From NCBI GenBank assembly GCA_963727625.1, contig CAVSHR010000012.1:224001-288000 (forward strand): a stretch of 64,000 nucleotides of DNA, written 5' to 3'. Under the pieces are notes generated by a model. That model saw nothing but the letters and a program-made list of their open reading frames with translations. It was not told where the DNA came from and did no database searches. The number at the start of each line of letters is the position of its first letter. Position 1 is the stretch's first letter. A program made the translations under genes and the position numbers. This document shows, piece after piece, positions 1 through 11,822 of the stretch. Source of the DNA: an uncultured delta proteobacterium. Lineage in GTDB: Bacteria > Desulfobacterota > Binatia > UBA9968.

Positions 1-434
1 AACGGCAGGGGATCGCGGACATCATGGCGCAGGGCGGTGATCGCATCGGTTAAGTTTAACGCCGCTGCTCTGCGTGCAATATCCTTGACACCGTTCTCGG
101 CGTAATCGACCACGGTTACCTGAAATCCATTCTGGGCGAAAAAAATCGTATCCCGCCCCTGTCCGCCGCCGAGCTCGAGAACTTTCCCAATTCCTTCCCT
201 CTGAAAAAGCTCCAGCGCCTTTTGCGCCGGAGCGCTCGACTGCGCGCCAAACATCTCTGGCTTGCGCGCAAATGAATCTTCCCACTGTTGTTGTTGCTGG
301 TCCAAGATTTTTCCTCCGGCATACGGGTTGGAAATTCTATGCCCAAACCCGGTGCACTCCCCGATGCGTCTGGATTCAATCGAAAGCACTAGAAGTCACC
401 AGCGGAATTATCCGGGCTTCAGCACAGTTTAACG

Positions 435-463
435 TTGACAATCTGAGTCGATCAACCTACTGT
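435..463 (+). promoter_or_regulatory. sigma70-type promoter upstream of the sigma factor gene
   Basis: TTGACA (435-440), 17-nt spacer, TACTGT (458-463). Confidence 0.5.
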
Positions 464-630
464 AAAATCCACACATTTCTCGCAATCAAATAGATTGGTC
501 CAGCATTCGTTTCCCGGACGTTCCGCATCTAAGGATCACCGGCGCCGGCCCTCTGTCAGTTGCTGCCCGTCTAATTGCGCCCCGCTTTACGCGACTGTGC
601 CCATTAGAATGTTTCCGCTGACACGGCAAG

Positions 631-2208
631 GTGAAGAAAATGACGGAAAAGATTGCAGACGCTTCGGAAAACGCTCGGGGAATGCCAGATGGCATGGACG
701 ATATTACCGAGCCGGCCATACCGGCGTGCCTTCCAAGCGAAAGTTGGCCTGACGATCCGCTCCTTGATACCGATAACGAAATTGCCAAGCAGGATTCGCC
801 TGATGTGCCTTCGGCAATCGAGGAGCCGGACAGTGGGGCCGACAGCGACTCGTGGCTTGCCGCAGCGGACCCGATTGCGCGTTACCTTCAGGACATACGC
901 GCGGTTCCGCTGTTAAGCCGCGGCGAGGAAATCAGGTTAGCGCAGCAGATTAAGGATGGAGAAAACAGGATCGCCGAAGAAGCGCTCTCGTCTCTGATCG
1001 CGCTTCGATGCGCCCTCGAACTTGGTGCGGCGGTCGCGGCCGAAAGATTGAATATACGCGATGTCGTCAAACTGCGGGTGGAGAATTCCGGAGAGCATTT
1101 TATCGACGAGACGATTCTGTGCAGCCGCTTTCGCGCGGGCGTGAGAAAGCTCCAAAACCTGGCAAACCATTGCCAACGGGCCGTCTTGCAGCCGGCGAAA
1201 TCACCAACGCCCGCTCGCCGATCCGCATCCGACGCAAAGATCAAGCGACGGCATCAAAAGATCGCCGAACTGATCAAATCCCTCGACCTCAACCGCCAGC
1301 AGTTAGAGGCCATCATCGAGCGACACCAAGAGATCTACCAAGAAGCAAAGGGACTCAAGGACAATTCACCCGCACAGGCGCATCAAGCTAAAAAAATCCG
1401 CGCCGTAGAAAAAGCTATCGGGATGCCGATTGCGGAACTCGGGCGGAAAGTCAGCGTCATCGTCGACAGCAAGGCACAAGTCGCCGCGGCTAAGCGTGAC
1501 TTCATACAGGCCAATCTCCGGCTGGCGGCGGCGGTCGCGAAGAAATATTGCGGGCACGGGCTCAGCTATCTGGACCTCATCCAAGAAGGCAACATCGGCC
1601 TGATGCGAGCCGTCGATAAATTCGATTACCGCCTCGGTTTTCGCTTCGCGACCTACGCGACTTGGTGGATCCGCCAAGCCGTCAGCCGTTCGCTCGCGGA
1701 TTATGCGCACACGATCCGCATCCCGGTCCACATGGTCGAGCTTGCAAATAAATTGACGCACACGATGGATGATCTCGGGCGCCGGCTCGGGCGCAAACCC
1801 ACGGCGGCGGAACTCGCCGCGCACATGGGGACACCGGAAGCTAAGGTTCAAACGGTTCTAAGCTTGGTCAAAGAACCGATCTCGCTCGACGCTCCCCTGG
1901 GCGAGGACGGCGACAACTGTTTGGCGGACTTGATCACCGACGAGCACGCCGGAGATCCCGAAGCGCTGCTCATCGATGAAAAGTTCAAGGAAGCGATGCA
2001 AAGACTCTTGACGACGCTCAGCCCGCGGGAGGAAAAAATCATCTGTATGCGCTTCGGCATCCGGCAAAAGTCGAATTGCACGCTGGAGGAAACCGGCAAG
2101 GTATTCGGCATCACCCGCGAAAGAATCCGCCAGATCGAGGCCATCGCTCTCAAGAAACTGCGCCGGCATGATCCGGACTTGCGACGACTCGCCCCTGAGA
2201 CCAAATAG
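631..2208 (+). CDS. RNA polymerase sigma-70 factor, RpoD-like (probably a secondary paralog)
   Basis: [10 protein letters not shown] (region 1.2), [19 protein letters not shown] and [10 protein letters not shown] (region 2), [20 protein letters not shown] (region 4.2); no canonical region 1.1. Confidence 0.93.
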   Translation: MKKMTEKIADASENARGMPDGMDDITEPAIPACLPSESWPDDPLLDTDNEIAKQDSPDVPSAIEEPDSGADSDSWLAAADPIARYLQDIRAVPLLSRGEEIRLAQQIKDGENRIAEEALSSLIALRCALELGAAVAAERLNIRDVVKLRVENSGEHFIDETILCSRFRAGVRKLQNLANHCQRAVLQPAKSPTPARRSASDAKIKRRHQKIAELIKSLDLNRQQLEAIIERHQEIYQEAKGLKDNSPAQAHQAKKIRAVEKAIGMPIAELGRKVSVIVDSKAQVAAAKRDFIQANLRLAAAVAKKYCGHGLSYLDLIQEGNIGLMRAVDKFDYRLGFRFATYATWWIRQAVSRSLADYAHTIRIPVHMVELANKLTHTMDDLGRRLGRKPTAAELAAHMGTPEAKVQTVLSLVKEPISLDAPLGEDGDNCLADLITDEHAGDPEALLIDEKFKEAMQRLLTTLSPREEKIICMRFGIRQKSNCTLEETGKVFGITRERIRQIEAIALKKLRRHDPDLRRLAPETK

Positions 2209-2428
2209 GTCGCTTCAGGAACGAGCCGTTTTCATAAGTCCTCTGCCTCAGGAGAATCATAAATTCCCATGGCGCCGTTTTCGATCGTGCGCCGAAACGT
2301 TTTACGCCGGCGCGGCAGGTCGTTTAGGATCGAAAACGGGCCGCACTCCGGCAGCGATTCGACAGCTGCGACGCGTGCGTTGGCGCCGCGCAGAAATTGC
2401 GGCTAATATCGACACCCAGCCGGCGCGT

Positions 2429-2944
2429 CTATTGGTTCTTTCGCTCTGCTACCCCAGTCAAATCCGCCGGCCTCTGGCCTAACGGACAAGGCGCGGCGGG
2501 CGTTTGCTGGTTGAACACCTCCGGTTCAATGTTGATAGCGCTCTTGATCGAGTTGGAGACGAAACAATTCTCTTTGGCTTTTTCCAGAATGCGCGGCATG
2601 CGCGCGATATCGTTGGCGGCGGCGAGAACAACTCTCGGCTTGAGGGTGATTTCAGTGATCTGGTAACGGCTGCCCTGGACTTTTTCGAGTTTTCCCTTAG
2701 CGGCGCAGGATAGGCTTGCCAACCCGACCTTGGAAAACTCGGCGATCGCGAGCAAAGTAAGCGTGTAACAGCTATTGAGGGAAGCGACGAACAGCTGTTC
2801 GGGAGACCAATTGCCGTCACGACCCTTAAATTCCGGCGGCGCACCTGCCTCGATCACCGGCAGCTTGCCGCCGCTAAGCTTCAGCTCCTTGTTTCCCCTC
2901 CACTCAACTTCGTTTTCGTAAAAATACTTGTTTGTCTCAGCCAT
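2429..2944 (-). CDS. OsmC/Ohr-family protein
   Basis: GAPPEFKG..WSPEQLFVASLNSC and EKAKENCFVSNSI two-Cys OsmC pattern; AGGA RBS. Confidence 0.88.
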   Translation of the reverse strand: MAETNKYFYENEVEWRGNKELKLSGGKLPVIEAGAPPEFKGRDGNWSPEQLFVASLNSCYTLTLLAIAEFSKVGLASLSCAAKGKLEKVQGSRYQITEITLKPRVVLAAANDIARMPRILEKAKENCFVSNSIKSAINIEPEVFNQQTPAAPCPLGQRPADLTGVAERKNQ

Positions 2945-3000
2945 GCCCGTAGTCCTTATTGGGCGAATTGTGTCGCCCGTCGATTTGAAGACCGGATGAC

Positions 3001-3071
3001 CTCGCGCAAAGACGCAAAGATCGCCCCCTCCGGCATCACGTTCCCTTTTCGGCCTGTGCGACTTGGCGGGA
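3001..3071. repeat. REP-like imperfect inverted repeat
   Basis: ctcgcgcaaagacgcaaag (3001-3019) pairs with ctgtgcgacttggcgggag at 15/19 positions; intergenic. Confidence 0.5.
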
Positions 3072-3116
3072 GATAGTCCGAGCTTTGCATGCGCTTAGCT
3101 CGCACAGGGCGCTTCG

Positions 3117-4082
3117 TCAATGACCATCATCGCGACCGACAAACTCTCGTAAAAGATCGGTGTAGGTGATCATGCCGACGACTTTTTCGTGAACGTCGAC
3201 CACCGGCAGCCCGCCGATGTGCCAACGCAGCATAAGCTCGGCGGCATCTTTCAGCGTGGTTTCCGGCGTCACCCGGATCGGGTCGAAAACCGCCGCCTGC
3301 TGCACCACCATCGACCAGAGCTGCACGGCGGCGTCGTTCTTGTCGACGAACGCCAGCGAGGGGCGAATCAAGCGTACGTCCCGGTCGCTGAGCATGCCGA
3401 TCAGCTTGTCGTTCTCGTCGACCACGGGGAGGTGGCGGAAGTGGCCATGCTCCATTTTCCAAATCGCGTCTTTAAGTCCGTCGTCGGGATTCACGGTGGC
3501 AGGGTTTTTCGTCATCCGCTCTTTGATTTTGGCGGCTTTTTTGTCCCTTCGCGGAGACAACGCTGGTCCCGTCGTAAAAGGAATGTGTTTGAGGTATTCC
3601 GCTTCGAAATTTTCATATTCCACCAAATGCACGCGACCGCCCGCCAGGATATCTTCGACTTCCCGCGAGGCCGCTACGCCCTGCTCGATCCAAAACATCG
3701 ACACGCCCTTGTCGACGGCCGCCTGGGCCAATTCCGCGTAGTCGATGGCGTCGTTTGGATAGACTTGCACGACGTCGATCTTGCCCGGCACCTCGCGCAA
3801 AGTTTGGTAGCAGCGCAGACCGAGAAAACTGACGCGATCGGCAAAGACCGGGATGATTTCTAGTCCGAGCCCAAGAAGTTTTTCGATCGCAATAAAGCTC
3901 GCGCTGCTCGGATCTCCGCTGGCGCCAATCACGGCCATCCGCCGGCACTGTTCGAGAACCGCTTTGCGCTGGCGGCGCAGTAAATAAATTCGACGGTTCG
4001 AATTCCCCGCCCAGTATTGGTTCATTTGGCGATCCCTGATTTGGGTCGCGGAGACATTCACGCTTTCCGCCTTTGAAGCCAT
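3117..4082 (-). CDS. CoA-binding (YccU-like) domain + tandem CBS domain fusion protein
   Basis: AVIGAS...YQTLREVPGKIDVV (CoA_binding_2-like), then MTKNPATV..FRHLPVVD and IGGLPVVD..VGMITYTDLL (CBS pair). Confidence 0.85.
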   Translation of the reverse strand: MASKAESVNVSATQIRDRQMNQYWAGNSNRRIYLLRRQRKAVLEQCRRMAVIGASGDPSSASFIAIEKLLGLGLEIIPVFADRVSFLGLRCYQTLREVPGKIDVVQVYPNDAIDYAELAQAAVDKGVSMFWIEQGVAASREVEDILAGGRVHLVEYENFEAEYLKHIPFTTGPALSPRRDKKAAKIKERMTKNPATVNPDDGLKDAIWKMEHGHFRHLPVVDENDKLIGMLSDRDVRLIRPSLAFVDKNDAAVQLWSMVVQQAAVFDPIRVTPETTLKDAAELMLRWHIGGLPVVDVHEKVVGMITYTDLLREFVGRDDGH

Positions 4083-4153
4083 AGACCGCGTTCCTCACTT
4101 GCTGGCAAGTCTGGTCTCGCCGGAATAAAGTCCTTCTGTGATGAGTATCAACA

Positions 4154-4168
4154 GCAAGAGCCATACCA
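4154..4168 (-). promoter_or_regulatory. sigma54 (-24/-12) promoter candidate
   Basis: TGGTAT-GGCTC-TTGC on - strand (GG-N10-GC), ~70 nt upstream of 4082. Confidence 0.5.
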
Positions 4169-4177
4169 GCTTAGATC

Positions 4178-4545
4178 TCAATTATTCGGCGACTTTTCCG
4201 TCGATCTTGGCAAGGTTGGTAAAATCGCCGGAACCGATTCGCAAAGCTGCGAGCGACACTGAAAGTCGAGCAGCTGCAGTTCTTCGGGCTTAAAGCCGCG
4301 CCGCAGCAAGCCCTGGGGTTTCACTTTTACCGGCCCGATTTGATCCGGGCGCAGACGATCGAAGTCAACCAACACGAAAAGGTGCGAAAAACCATCGAGG
4401 CCACCCAACCCATCGGCGAATACCGGAAAAATCTCCAGTTCCCCTTCGCAATCGCCCCCTTTCCCTGGCTTCGGCGTCGCTGCCCTTGGTGTGAATGATG
4501 CCGATCGGTTTAACGGCAATTTCCCTCGGAACCTTTTGACTGGCT
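4178..4545 (-). pseudogene. TrmO/TsaA-like tRNA methyltransferase remnant
   Basis: EIAVKPIGIIHT in one frame continues as GELEIFPVFADGLGGLDGFSHLFVL in another; no start codon and C-terminal half missing. Confidence 0.7.
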
Positions 4546-4658
4546 ATTGAGTCGCCACGCAGCGAATACCAACTCGGTCCGACGACTCGCCCGACCCGAA
4601 AAAACGCAACATTTATTACAGCATGGCGGGAGCTAAACTCGGCCAAGCGAAGCGATCC

Positions 4659-5657
4659 TTAGCGCATCAAGTAAACAGCCGCCACGGCGTACAAATAAAC
4701 CATGGCGATGGCGAGCGAATCCCAGGCGAACAGAAACCGCTTCTTGCTTACCCGGTAGGTCAGACCGATCACGGCAATCGCGGTCATCGCCATCGCCCCG
4801 TTTGCGGTCACGATATGGCCCGGCGCGGCGGTGGTGAGCAGCGGCGCCTTGGCATATAAAATATCATCGAGCGCCAATATCGCCATGTTGAAAAGGTTGC
4901 TGCCGAGCAAATTACTAAAAACCAAATCGATCGCGTCAAGTCGCAATGCGCCGATGGAAACCACGAGCTCGGGCAGTGAAGTCGTCAAGGCGATAAAAAT
5001 ACTGCCCACGAAGGTGCGCCCGAGTCCCGTCGCCTCGGCAATCTGATCGCCGAGATGGGGCAAATAGCTCGCCGCCCCGACCACCAACACGGCATTCGCC
5101 GCGTAGTTGACGTAAGCATGCTTTGAAGAAATCTTGTCATAGCGGGCGATCTCGGCCTTCTGCTGAACGAACTCGACGATGCGCTTCTTCTCGAAGAGAA
5201 AAATCATCCGCATAGCAACAGCATAAGTCAGAATCAAAGCGAACGTCGCCGGACTGATCCAGCCGAAACCAGGCAAGCTCTGCCCTGCGTTCAAACTAAT
5301 CGCAGCAACACCGAGCATGAGGACACCGAAGCTGGCCGCGAGCACATGGCCCTGGTGCGCTTTAGCGGAGATGGGAGTTGGGCCGCTCAGTGCATCCATC
5401 GTAGCAAGGATCAGAAGATTGAACATACAACTTCCAAAAACATCCCCGACGGCGATGTTCGGCAGGTCGAAAATGGCCACCGAGCTAATCCCCGTAATTA
5501 ATTCCGGCAACGACGTTACCGACGCCATCAATATGATGCCGACCCAGGTTCGGCCCATGCCGGTTTTTTCGGCGATCACGTCGCCGTATTTGGATAGGTT
5601 TGTGCCGGCAAAGACGATCACGCCGGTCACGACCGTGAATTGCAGCCAAAGAATCAC
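4659..5657 (-). CDS. Na+/Ca2+ antiporter (CaCA family) membrane protein
   Basis: Two alpha-repeats TSLPEL with GSCMFN / GSNLFN; likely GTG start at 5657 overlapping the ATPase stop (GTGA). Confidence 0.9.
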   Translation of the reverse strand: MILWLQFTVVTGVIVFAGTNLSKYGDVIAEKTGMGRTWVGIILMASVTSLPELITGISSVAIFDLPNIAVGDVFGSCMFNLLILATMDALSGPTPISAKAHQGHVLAASFGVLMLGVAAISLNAGQSLPGFGWISPATFALILTYAVAMRMIFLFEKKRIVEFVQQKAEIARYDKISSKHAYVNYAANAVLVVGAASYLPHLGDQIAEATGLGRTFVGSIFIALTTSLPELVVSIGALRLDAIDLVFSNLLGSNLFNMAILALDDILYAKAPLLTTAAPGHIVTANGAMAMTAIAVIGLTYRVSKKRFLFAWDSLAIAMVYLYAVAAVYLMR

Positions 5658-8356
5658 TGGTTCATGCTCCGCTCCGGGATCGCATCGAACCAGCCGCGCC
5701 GCACCAGCCACTTCACCAGCTCGAGAACCGGAAAAATGCTCGCGGCTACGCCGAGCAAAACCGCCCACTCGGCCGACGATAAACTCGACGTGCTCAGCGG
5801 CCGCTGCAAAAACGGCGCATAAACAACCGCTGCGAGTAAAACGATTTCCCAGGCGACGGACAGGTTTAACCATTTGTTGCTGAACGGTCGACGCAGCACC
5901 GAATGGCGATCCGAACGATAGTTGTAGGCTTTGAAAAACTCGATGAGCGTGAGACCGGCAAACACCATCGTCATGGCCTCTTCGAGGCTTCGCCCCGAGT
6001 TAAGCGCCCAGCGAAACATCGTCAGATTCACCAGCGCCGACCAAAGCCCGCCGGCGAGCATCAGGGCGACGACGGGCCGGGTAAAAATTCCCCGCCTCGG
6101 ATCGCGCGGTTTTCGCCGCATGAGATCTTCTTCATGGGGATCGACCGCGAGCGCCAATGCCGGCAATCCGTCGGTGGCGAGATTGATGAAGAGAATCTGC
6201 ACAGCGGTGAGCGGCAACGGCCAACCGAGAATCGTCGCACCCCCGAGCACGAGGATTTCCCCTAAATTCGAAGACAAAAGAAACATCAGATACTTCTTGA
6301 TGTTCTCAAAAACTGCCCGGCCCTCTTCAACCGCGGCGACGATGGAGGCAAAGTTGTCGTCGGTCAACGTCATGTCCGCCGCTTCTTTGGTGACATCGGT
6401 GCCCGTGATCCCCATGGCGACGCCGATATCGGCCTTCTTGAGTGCGGGCGCGTCGTTGATGCCATCACCGGTCATGGCGACGGATTCACCGCGCTTCTGC
6501 AGCGCCGTTACGATGTTGAGTTTATGCGCCGGTGAGACCCGCGCGACTACCGTGAGATTCTCCACTTCCCGTTCCAGTGCTTCGTCGGATAACGCGTCGA
6601 GCTCAGCGCCGGTGACGACCTTGCCGTTGGCGAGCATGCCCAACTCTCGCGCCACGGCGCCGGCCGTGAGCGGATGATCACCGGTAATCATCATAGTGCG
6701 AATGCCGGCGCGCGCGCAGGTTTTGATGGCGGCTTTTGCCTCCGGTCTGGGCGGATCGATCATGCCCACCAAGCCAAGAAACACCATGTCCCGTTCGGCG
6801 TGTTCGAGCTCCGCGTCAGGCTTGTACGCCACCGCTAAAACGCGCAGCGCTTCTGCCGCCATCTGCCTGGCGATCTGCACGACTGACTCGTTGGCCGTAG
6901 CGTCTAACGGCACGACCCCGTCCTCGCCCTCGACCCGTGCGCAGGAGTTGAGAACCACCTCGGGCGCGCCCTTGGCGTAAGCGACCGTTCCACCGTTAGC
7001 TGCGTGCAGCGTCGTCATCCGTTTCGACTCCGAAGTAAAGGGTATCTCGTTTACCCGAAGAAATTTCGCGTCGAGCTCGGCCTTATCGAATCCGGCCTTA
7101 GCCGCGGCCACCACCAAAGCGGCCTCGGTGGGATCGCCTTTGATTTTCCAGCCATCATGCTCCGTGTCGTGCATTAACTGCGCGTCCGAGGCCAGAGCGC
7201 CGGCTTGTAACAGCAGCGCCAGCGGGCCGCGCGGCTCGACACCGCGGTTGTGATCGGTAAATTCGCCTTTCGGCTCGTAGCCGCTGCCGGACACGGCGAT
7301 CATGCGTCCGGCGACGAGCATTTTCCGCACGGTCATCTCATCTTTGGTCAACGTGCCGGTCTTGTCCGAGCAGATCACCGACACGCTGCCGAGGGTTTCC
7401 ACGGCAGGGAGCCGACGCACCAGCGCGTTGCGCCGCGCCATGCGTTGCACGCCGATGGCGAGCGAGATGGTCACGACAGCGGGCAGAGCTTCGGGAACCA
7501 CCGCGACCGCCAGCGCGATGCTAAAAATGACCATGTCCAGCAAGGGCTGGCCGCGCAGCAATTCAAGGCCGGCGACCAAGACGACGATCAGCAAGGCGGC
7601 TTGAGCCAGGGTTTTCCCCACCCGATCGAGATTTTTTTGCAGCGGTGTTCTGCCGGTCTCAAGAGTTCGCAGCGACTCGGCGATCTGGCCGAACTCGGTC
7701 TTCATCGCGGTGGCGACGACCACGGCGCGGCCGCGCCCATAAGTAACCGTCGTGCCGGCGTAAACCATGTTATTACGATCGGCGATCGCCAGCTTGCCCG
7801 CTTCGAGAGCCGCAGTCTGCTTTTCCACGGGCATGGATTCGCCCGTGAGCACCGCCTCGTCGCATTTAAGATTGACCGCGTCCACCAGCCGTCCGTCGGC
7901 GGGAACCTTGTCGCCGGTGCGCAGAAAAACAATATCGCCCGTGACCACTTCGCGCGCCGGGATGCTCTGCTCCAGGCCGTCGCGCAGCACCGCCGCAGTG
8001 GGTGCGGACAGTTGGCGCAAGGCGTCGAGAGCGCGCTCGGCGCGATATTCCTGGTAAAATCCCAGCCCCGCCGCGAACAATACAATCACCGCGATGGCGA
8101 GAGCCTCGATCGCATGACCGAGCAACGCCGAGAGGACGATGGCGCAGAGCAGGATAATGATCAGAACGTTCTTGAACTGCTCCAGCAAAATCGCCCAAGG
8201 AGAGACCGGCGGTGCCGCCAACAGCTCGTTGGCGCCATGGCGAGCCAGACGGCGGCGCGCCTCCGCCGCGCTCAGTCCGGTCGCAGCGTCGCTGGCCAAT
8301 TGGCGCAACACGGCGGCGACATCGCTCTCATAGGGCTGCCGGTCCGTCATGGTCAT
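5654..8356 (-). CDS. P-type cation-transporting ATPase (type IIA, Ca2+-type)
   Basis: [51 protein letters not shown]. Confidence 0.95.
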   Translation of the reverse strand: MTMTDRQPYESDVAAVLRQLASDAATGLSAAEARRRLARHGANELLAAPPVSPWAILLEQFKNVLIIILLCAIVLSALLGHAIEALAIAVIVLFAAGLGFYQEYRAERALDALRQLSAPTAAVLRDGLEQSIPAREVVTGDIVFLRTGDKVPADGRLVDAVNLKCDEAVLTGESMPVEKQTAALEAGKLAIADRNNMVYAGTTVTYGRGRAVVVATAMKTEFGQIAESLRTLETGRTPLQKNLDRVGKTLAQAALLIVVLVAGLELLRGQPLLDMVIFSIALAVAVVPEALPAVVTISLAIGVQRMARRNALVRRLPAVETLGSVSVICSDKTGTLTKDEMTVRKMLVAGRMIAVSGSGYEPKGEFTDHNRGVEPRGPLALLLQAGALASDAQLMHDTEHDGWKIKGDPTEAALVVAAAKAGFDKAELDAKFLRVNEIPFTSESKRMTTLHAANGGTVAYAKGAPEVVLNSCARVEGEDGVVPLDATANESVVQIARQMAAEALRVLAVAYKPDAELEHAERDMVFLGLVGMIDPPRPEAKAAIKTCARAGIRTMMITGDHPLTAGAVARELGMLANGKVVTGAELDALSDEALEREVENLTVVARVSPAHKLNIVTALQKRGESVAMTGDGINDAPALKKADIGVAMGITGTDVTKEAADMTLTDDNFASIVAAVEEGRAVFENIKKYLMFLLSSNLGEILVLGGATILGWPLPLTAVQILFINLATDGLPALALAVDPHEEDLMRRKPRDPRRGIFTRPVVALMLAGGLWSALVNLTMFRWALNSGRSLEEAMTMVFAGLTLIEFFKAYNYRSDRHSVLRRPFSNKWLNLSVAWEIVLLAAVVYAPFLQRPLSTSSLSSAEWAVLLGVAASIFPVLELVKWLVRRGWFDAIPERSMNQ

Positions 8357-8520
8357 TTATTTTTCGTGTTAGCGGTTCCATCCGTATTCTTGCGTCGATC
8401 CTCGACGTCACAAGCACCGGACATTCACGTCGGCACACCGAGGCGCGGCAGCACCCAACGCATGAGCACGATGTAAACGGCGAAGAATATAATGAACCCC
8501 AGCCATTCGGGCATAGTCAT
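8353..8520 (-). CDS. candidate 55-aa membrane selenoprotein (in-frame UGA at codon 32); missing from the ORF track
   Basis: AAAGGAG RBS; [55 protein letters not shown]; final TGA overlaps the ATPase ATG; SECIS-like hairpin after the UGA. Confidence 0.72.
8389..8414 (-). promoter_or_regulatory. bacterial SECIS-like hairpin
   Basis: CUUG-UGA-CGUCGA-[GGA]-UCGACG-CAAG; apical loop starts 24 nt after the in-frame UGA (8425-8427). Confidence 0.62.
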
Positions 8521-8607
8521 TTCTCCTTTCTATTAACGACCGCTCATCCCGCGCCTGAGAAATTCGTACGGCGAGGGCAATTTTTTGGCTACGCTTTTGC
8601 TGCGATC

Positions 8608-11600
8608 CTAAACATGGGCTGCCTGAGCGCCGCGCCGTTCGCTCAAATAATACAACACCGGCACAGCGAGCCGTGATAACAGCGTCGATGCCACCTCGCC
8701 GGCCATGAGAGAAATTGCCAGGCCTTGAAAGATCGGATCGAAGAGGATGACCGCGGAACCGACGACCACCGCCGATGCTGTCAGCAGCATCGGTCTAAAA
8801 CGCACCGCCCCGGCGTCGATCACCGCGTCGGCCAGATTCATCCCTTCGCGGCGCCGGAGTTCGACAAAATCGATGAGAATGATCGAGTTACGCACGACGA
8901 TCCCCGCGCCGGCGATGAAGCCGATCATCGACGTTGCAGTGAAAAACGCGCCCATGAGCCAGTGCGCCGGCAGAATCCCAACCAGAGAAAGCGGAATCGG
9001 CGCCATGATCGTAAGCGGAGTTTTGAAAGACTGGAACCACGCGACCACCAAGATATAAATCAAAATCAGCACGGCGCCAAATGCCAGGCCAAGGTCGCGA
9101 AAAACTTCGTAAGTCACGTGCCATTCACCGTCCCATTTCATCGAGTAATCGTTGGTCGAAAACGGCTGGCGGGTCATCAAAGTCGGGACGCCGCTTTGAC
9201 CCGCCGGCGTCGTGAGGTTGCGGAGATCCTCGTCGATCCGCAAGATCGCGTAAATGGGGCTTTCTTCCCGCCCCGCGACGTCGCCGGTAACGTAAACCAC
9301 TCTCTGCAAATTTTTCCGGTAGATGTTCGGCTCCTGCTCGCTCGATACCACGCGCGTGAGTTCGGCGAGCGGCACGAGATTGCCGGCAGCGCCGATGATC
9401 TTGAGATTCTGCAGATCGACGATCGCCGAGCGCTGGGCGCGCGGCAGTTGCAGAAAGATGCCAACGTCCTCTTTTTCCCGGCTCATGTGCGCCAGCCCGC
9501 TTTGGCTTCCTGCAAGCGCGGTCTTGAGCGACTGGTTCACCTGCTCGGTGGAAATTCCGTTGTACGCGGCCTTCTCGCGATCGACGACGAAACGAATTTT
9601 CTGCTGGGCAGCTTCGACATACCAGTCCGTATCGACAACTCCCGGCGTCGTTTCAAAAAGCCTGCGGATCTTTTCCGCCAGCGTAATTTGCCCGCCATAA
9701 TCGGGGCCGTAGATTTCAGCGACCAGCGTTTGCAAAACCGGCGGCCCCGGCGGGGCTTCGGTCACTTTCACCCGCGCGCCGAACCGGGACGCAATCGCTT
9801 GAATCCCCGGCCGGACGCTTTTGGCGATCTCATGACTTTGCCGGCTGCGCTCGCCTTTCGCTAGGAGATTGACCTGAACGTCGGCGACGTTGGGGCCGCG
9901 CCGCAAAAAGTAGTGGCGTACCAGGCCGTTGAAGTTAAACGGCGCGGCGGTTCCGACATAGAGCTGATAGTCGGTGACCTCGGCGCTTTGGCCGACGTAA
10001 TTGCCGATGGCGCGGCTCACCTTGGCGGTTTGTTCCAGGGTCGTTCCCTCGGGCATGTCGATCACGACCTGGAATTCGCTCTTGTTGTCGAAGGGCAGCA
10101 TTTTCACCGTCACCCGTTTCGCGTAGACCAGCGCGCACGAAGCCAGGAGCAGCAGCAAAACCCCGACGAGAAAAACCCCGCGCCACTTCCGGTCATGAAT
10201 CAGATGGCCCATGAGCCAGCGATAGAGCAGTGTCGCTTTGCCTTCCTTTTCTTCTGGTTGTTCGCCGCCGCCGCGGCCTAGCACGTGAAGCGCCGCCCAG
10301 GGCGTAATGACGAAGGCCACCGCCATGGAAAAGAGCATCGCGGTCGACGCGCCGACGGGAATCGGCCGCATGTAGGGTCCCATGAGGCCGCGCACAAACG
10401 CCATCGGCAGAATCGCCGCGATCACCGTGAACGTCGCCAGGATCAGCGGACTGCGCACCTCGTTCACCGCTTCCACCGTCACGTCAATCAGCGGCCGACC
10501 GCGGTTAGCCGGCATGCGAAAATGTCGGACGATGTTTTCGACGTCGACGATCGGATCGTCGACCAGAATGCCGATGGAAAAGATCAAGGCGAACAGCGTC
10601 ACCCGATTGAGCGTGTAGCCGTAGATGTAATAGATAAACAGGGTCAGCAGCAACGTGACGGGCACCGCCGTGAAGACCACCAGCGCCGCTCGAGCGCCGA
10701 GAAAGATCGCGATCAGAACCGTGACCGAAATTGTCGCGATGAGCAGATGCTCGAGCAATTCATTGGACTTTTCCTTCGCCGTGTCGCCGTAGTTCCGCGT
10801 CACCGTGACATGCACGTCGCTTGGAATGAGCCGGCCCTTTTGCTCCTCAACTTTTTTGAGAACGCTTTCGGCCACCGTCACGGCGTTCGTTCCCTTGCGC
10901 TTCGCCACTGAGATCGTCACTGCCGGCGAGACGCCGCCTGGCGTTGAAAGCTTCTTTGATTCGGCGGCCGCGCCGGCGCCGAAAAGGACATAATCTTTAA
11001 CTTCTTCCGGTCCGTCGATGATTTGGGCTACGTCCCGAAGATAAACCGGACGCTGGGCGAAAGTCCCGACGACCAGATTGCGCAGTGATTCGGCGTCGAC
11101 CAGGAACTCGCCCACGTCGACCAGCACTTCGCCGTTGGCGGCGCTGTAACTGCCGGCGCGCAATTTCTGATTGGCGCCGTTGAGCGCCACAAGCAAACGC
11201 GGCGGATCGATCCGGAAAGCCGCCATGCGCGCGGCGTCGAGGACCACGCTCAGTTGGCGTCTTTGACCGCCGATCAACCCGGTGGCGGCGACATCTTGGA
11301 TGTCTTTGATTTGATCATCCAACTCGGCAGCGATGCGACGCAGGGTGAAATGGTCGTAGCGCTCGCTCCACAAGGTCAGCGTCAAAATCGGCACATCGTC
11401 GATAGAGCGCGGTTTGATCAGAGGTTGCGATGCGCCGGGCGGGATGAGGTCGAAGTTGGAATAAAGCTTGTTGTACAACCGGACAATCGCGTCCTCTTCG
11501 TTCTCGCCGACATAAAAACGCACAATCGCCATGGTTCGCCCGGGAGAGGTGGTGGAATAGATGTATTCCACGCCTTGAATCTCCGCGAGTTTTTTTTCCA

Positions 11601-11811
11601 TCGGGATGGTGACCCGCTGCTCCATCTCGCGAACGCCGACGCCGGGCATGTCGACGAAAACGTCCGCCATCGGCACGATGATTTGCGGCTCTTCTTCGCG
11701 CGGCGTGGCGATGATGGCGAAAGCACCCAGGCACAGGGCGGCAAGGATCGCCAAAGGAGTGAGCTTTGAATCGATGAAGGCGCGAACGATGCCTTCCATG
11801 AAGTTGTGCAT
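8608..11811 (-). CDS. RND efflux transporter permease (AcrB/CusA superfamily)
   Basis: [33 protein letters not shown]; likely start MHNFMEG at 11811. Confidence 0.93.
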   Translation of the reverse strand: MHNFMEGIVRAFIDSKLTPLAILAALCLGAFAIIATPREEEPQIIVPMADVFVDMPGVGVREMEQRVTIPMEKKLAEIQGVEYIYSTTSPGRTMAIVRFYVGENEEDAIVRLYNKLYSNFDLIPPGASQPLIKPRSIDDVPILTLTLWSERYDHFTLRRIAAELDDQIKDIQDVAATGLIGGQRRQLSVVLDAARMAAFRIDPPRLLVALNGANQKLRAGSYSAANGEVLVDVGEFLVDAESLRNLVVGTFAQRPVYLRDVAQIIDGPEEVKDYVLFGAGAAAESKKLSTPGGVSPAVTISVAKRKGTNAVTVAESVLKKVEEQKGRLIPSDVHVTVTRNYGDTAKEKSNELLEHLLIATISVTVLIAIFLGARAALVVFTAVPVTLLLTLFIYYIYGYTLNRVTLFALIFSIGILVDDPIVDVENIVRHFRMPANRGRPLIDVTVEAVNEVRSPLILATFTVIAAILPMAFVRGLMGPYMRPIPVGASTAMLFSMAVAFVITPWAALHVLGRGGGEQPEEKEGKATLLYRWLMGHLIHDRKWRGVFLVGVLLLLLASCALVYAKRVTVKMLPFDNKSEFQVVIDMPEGTTLEQTAKVSRAIGNYVGQSAEVTDYQLYVGTAAPFNFNGLVRHYFLRRGPNVADVQVNLLAKGERSRQSHEIAKSVRPGIQAIASRFGARVKVTEAPPGPPVLQTLVAEIYGPDYGGQITLAEKIRRLFETTPGVVDTDWYVEAAQQKIRFVVDREKAAYNGISTEQVNQSLKTALAGSQSGLAHMSREKEDVGIFLQLPRAQRSAIVDLQNLKIIGAAGNLVPLAELTRVVSSEQEPNIYRKNLQRVVYVTGDVAGREESPIYAILRIDEDLRNLTTPAGQSGVPTLMTRQPFSTNDYSMKWDGEWHVTYEVFRDLGLAFGAVLILIYILVVAWFQSFKTPLTIMAPIPLSLVGILPAHWLMGAFFTATSMIGFIAGAGIVVRNSIILIDFVELRRREGMNLADAVIDAGAVRFRPMLLTASAVVVGSAVILFDPIFQGLAISLMAGEVASTLLSRLAVPVLYYLSERRGAQAAHV

Positions 11812-11822
11812 TCGCGCCGCTC

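Noticed and set aside
1-630. Short ORFs at the window start
   Set aside because: No recognisable protein features; probably intergenic or regulatory.
7250-8476. Long antisense/overlapping ORFs (e.g. 7250-8476 +, 8725-9864 +, 17818-18951 -, 53559-54728 +)
   Set aside because: They are shadow ORFs opposite well-supported genes in GC-rich DNA and carry no motifs.
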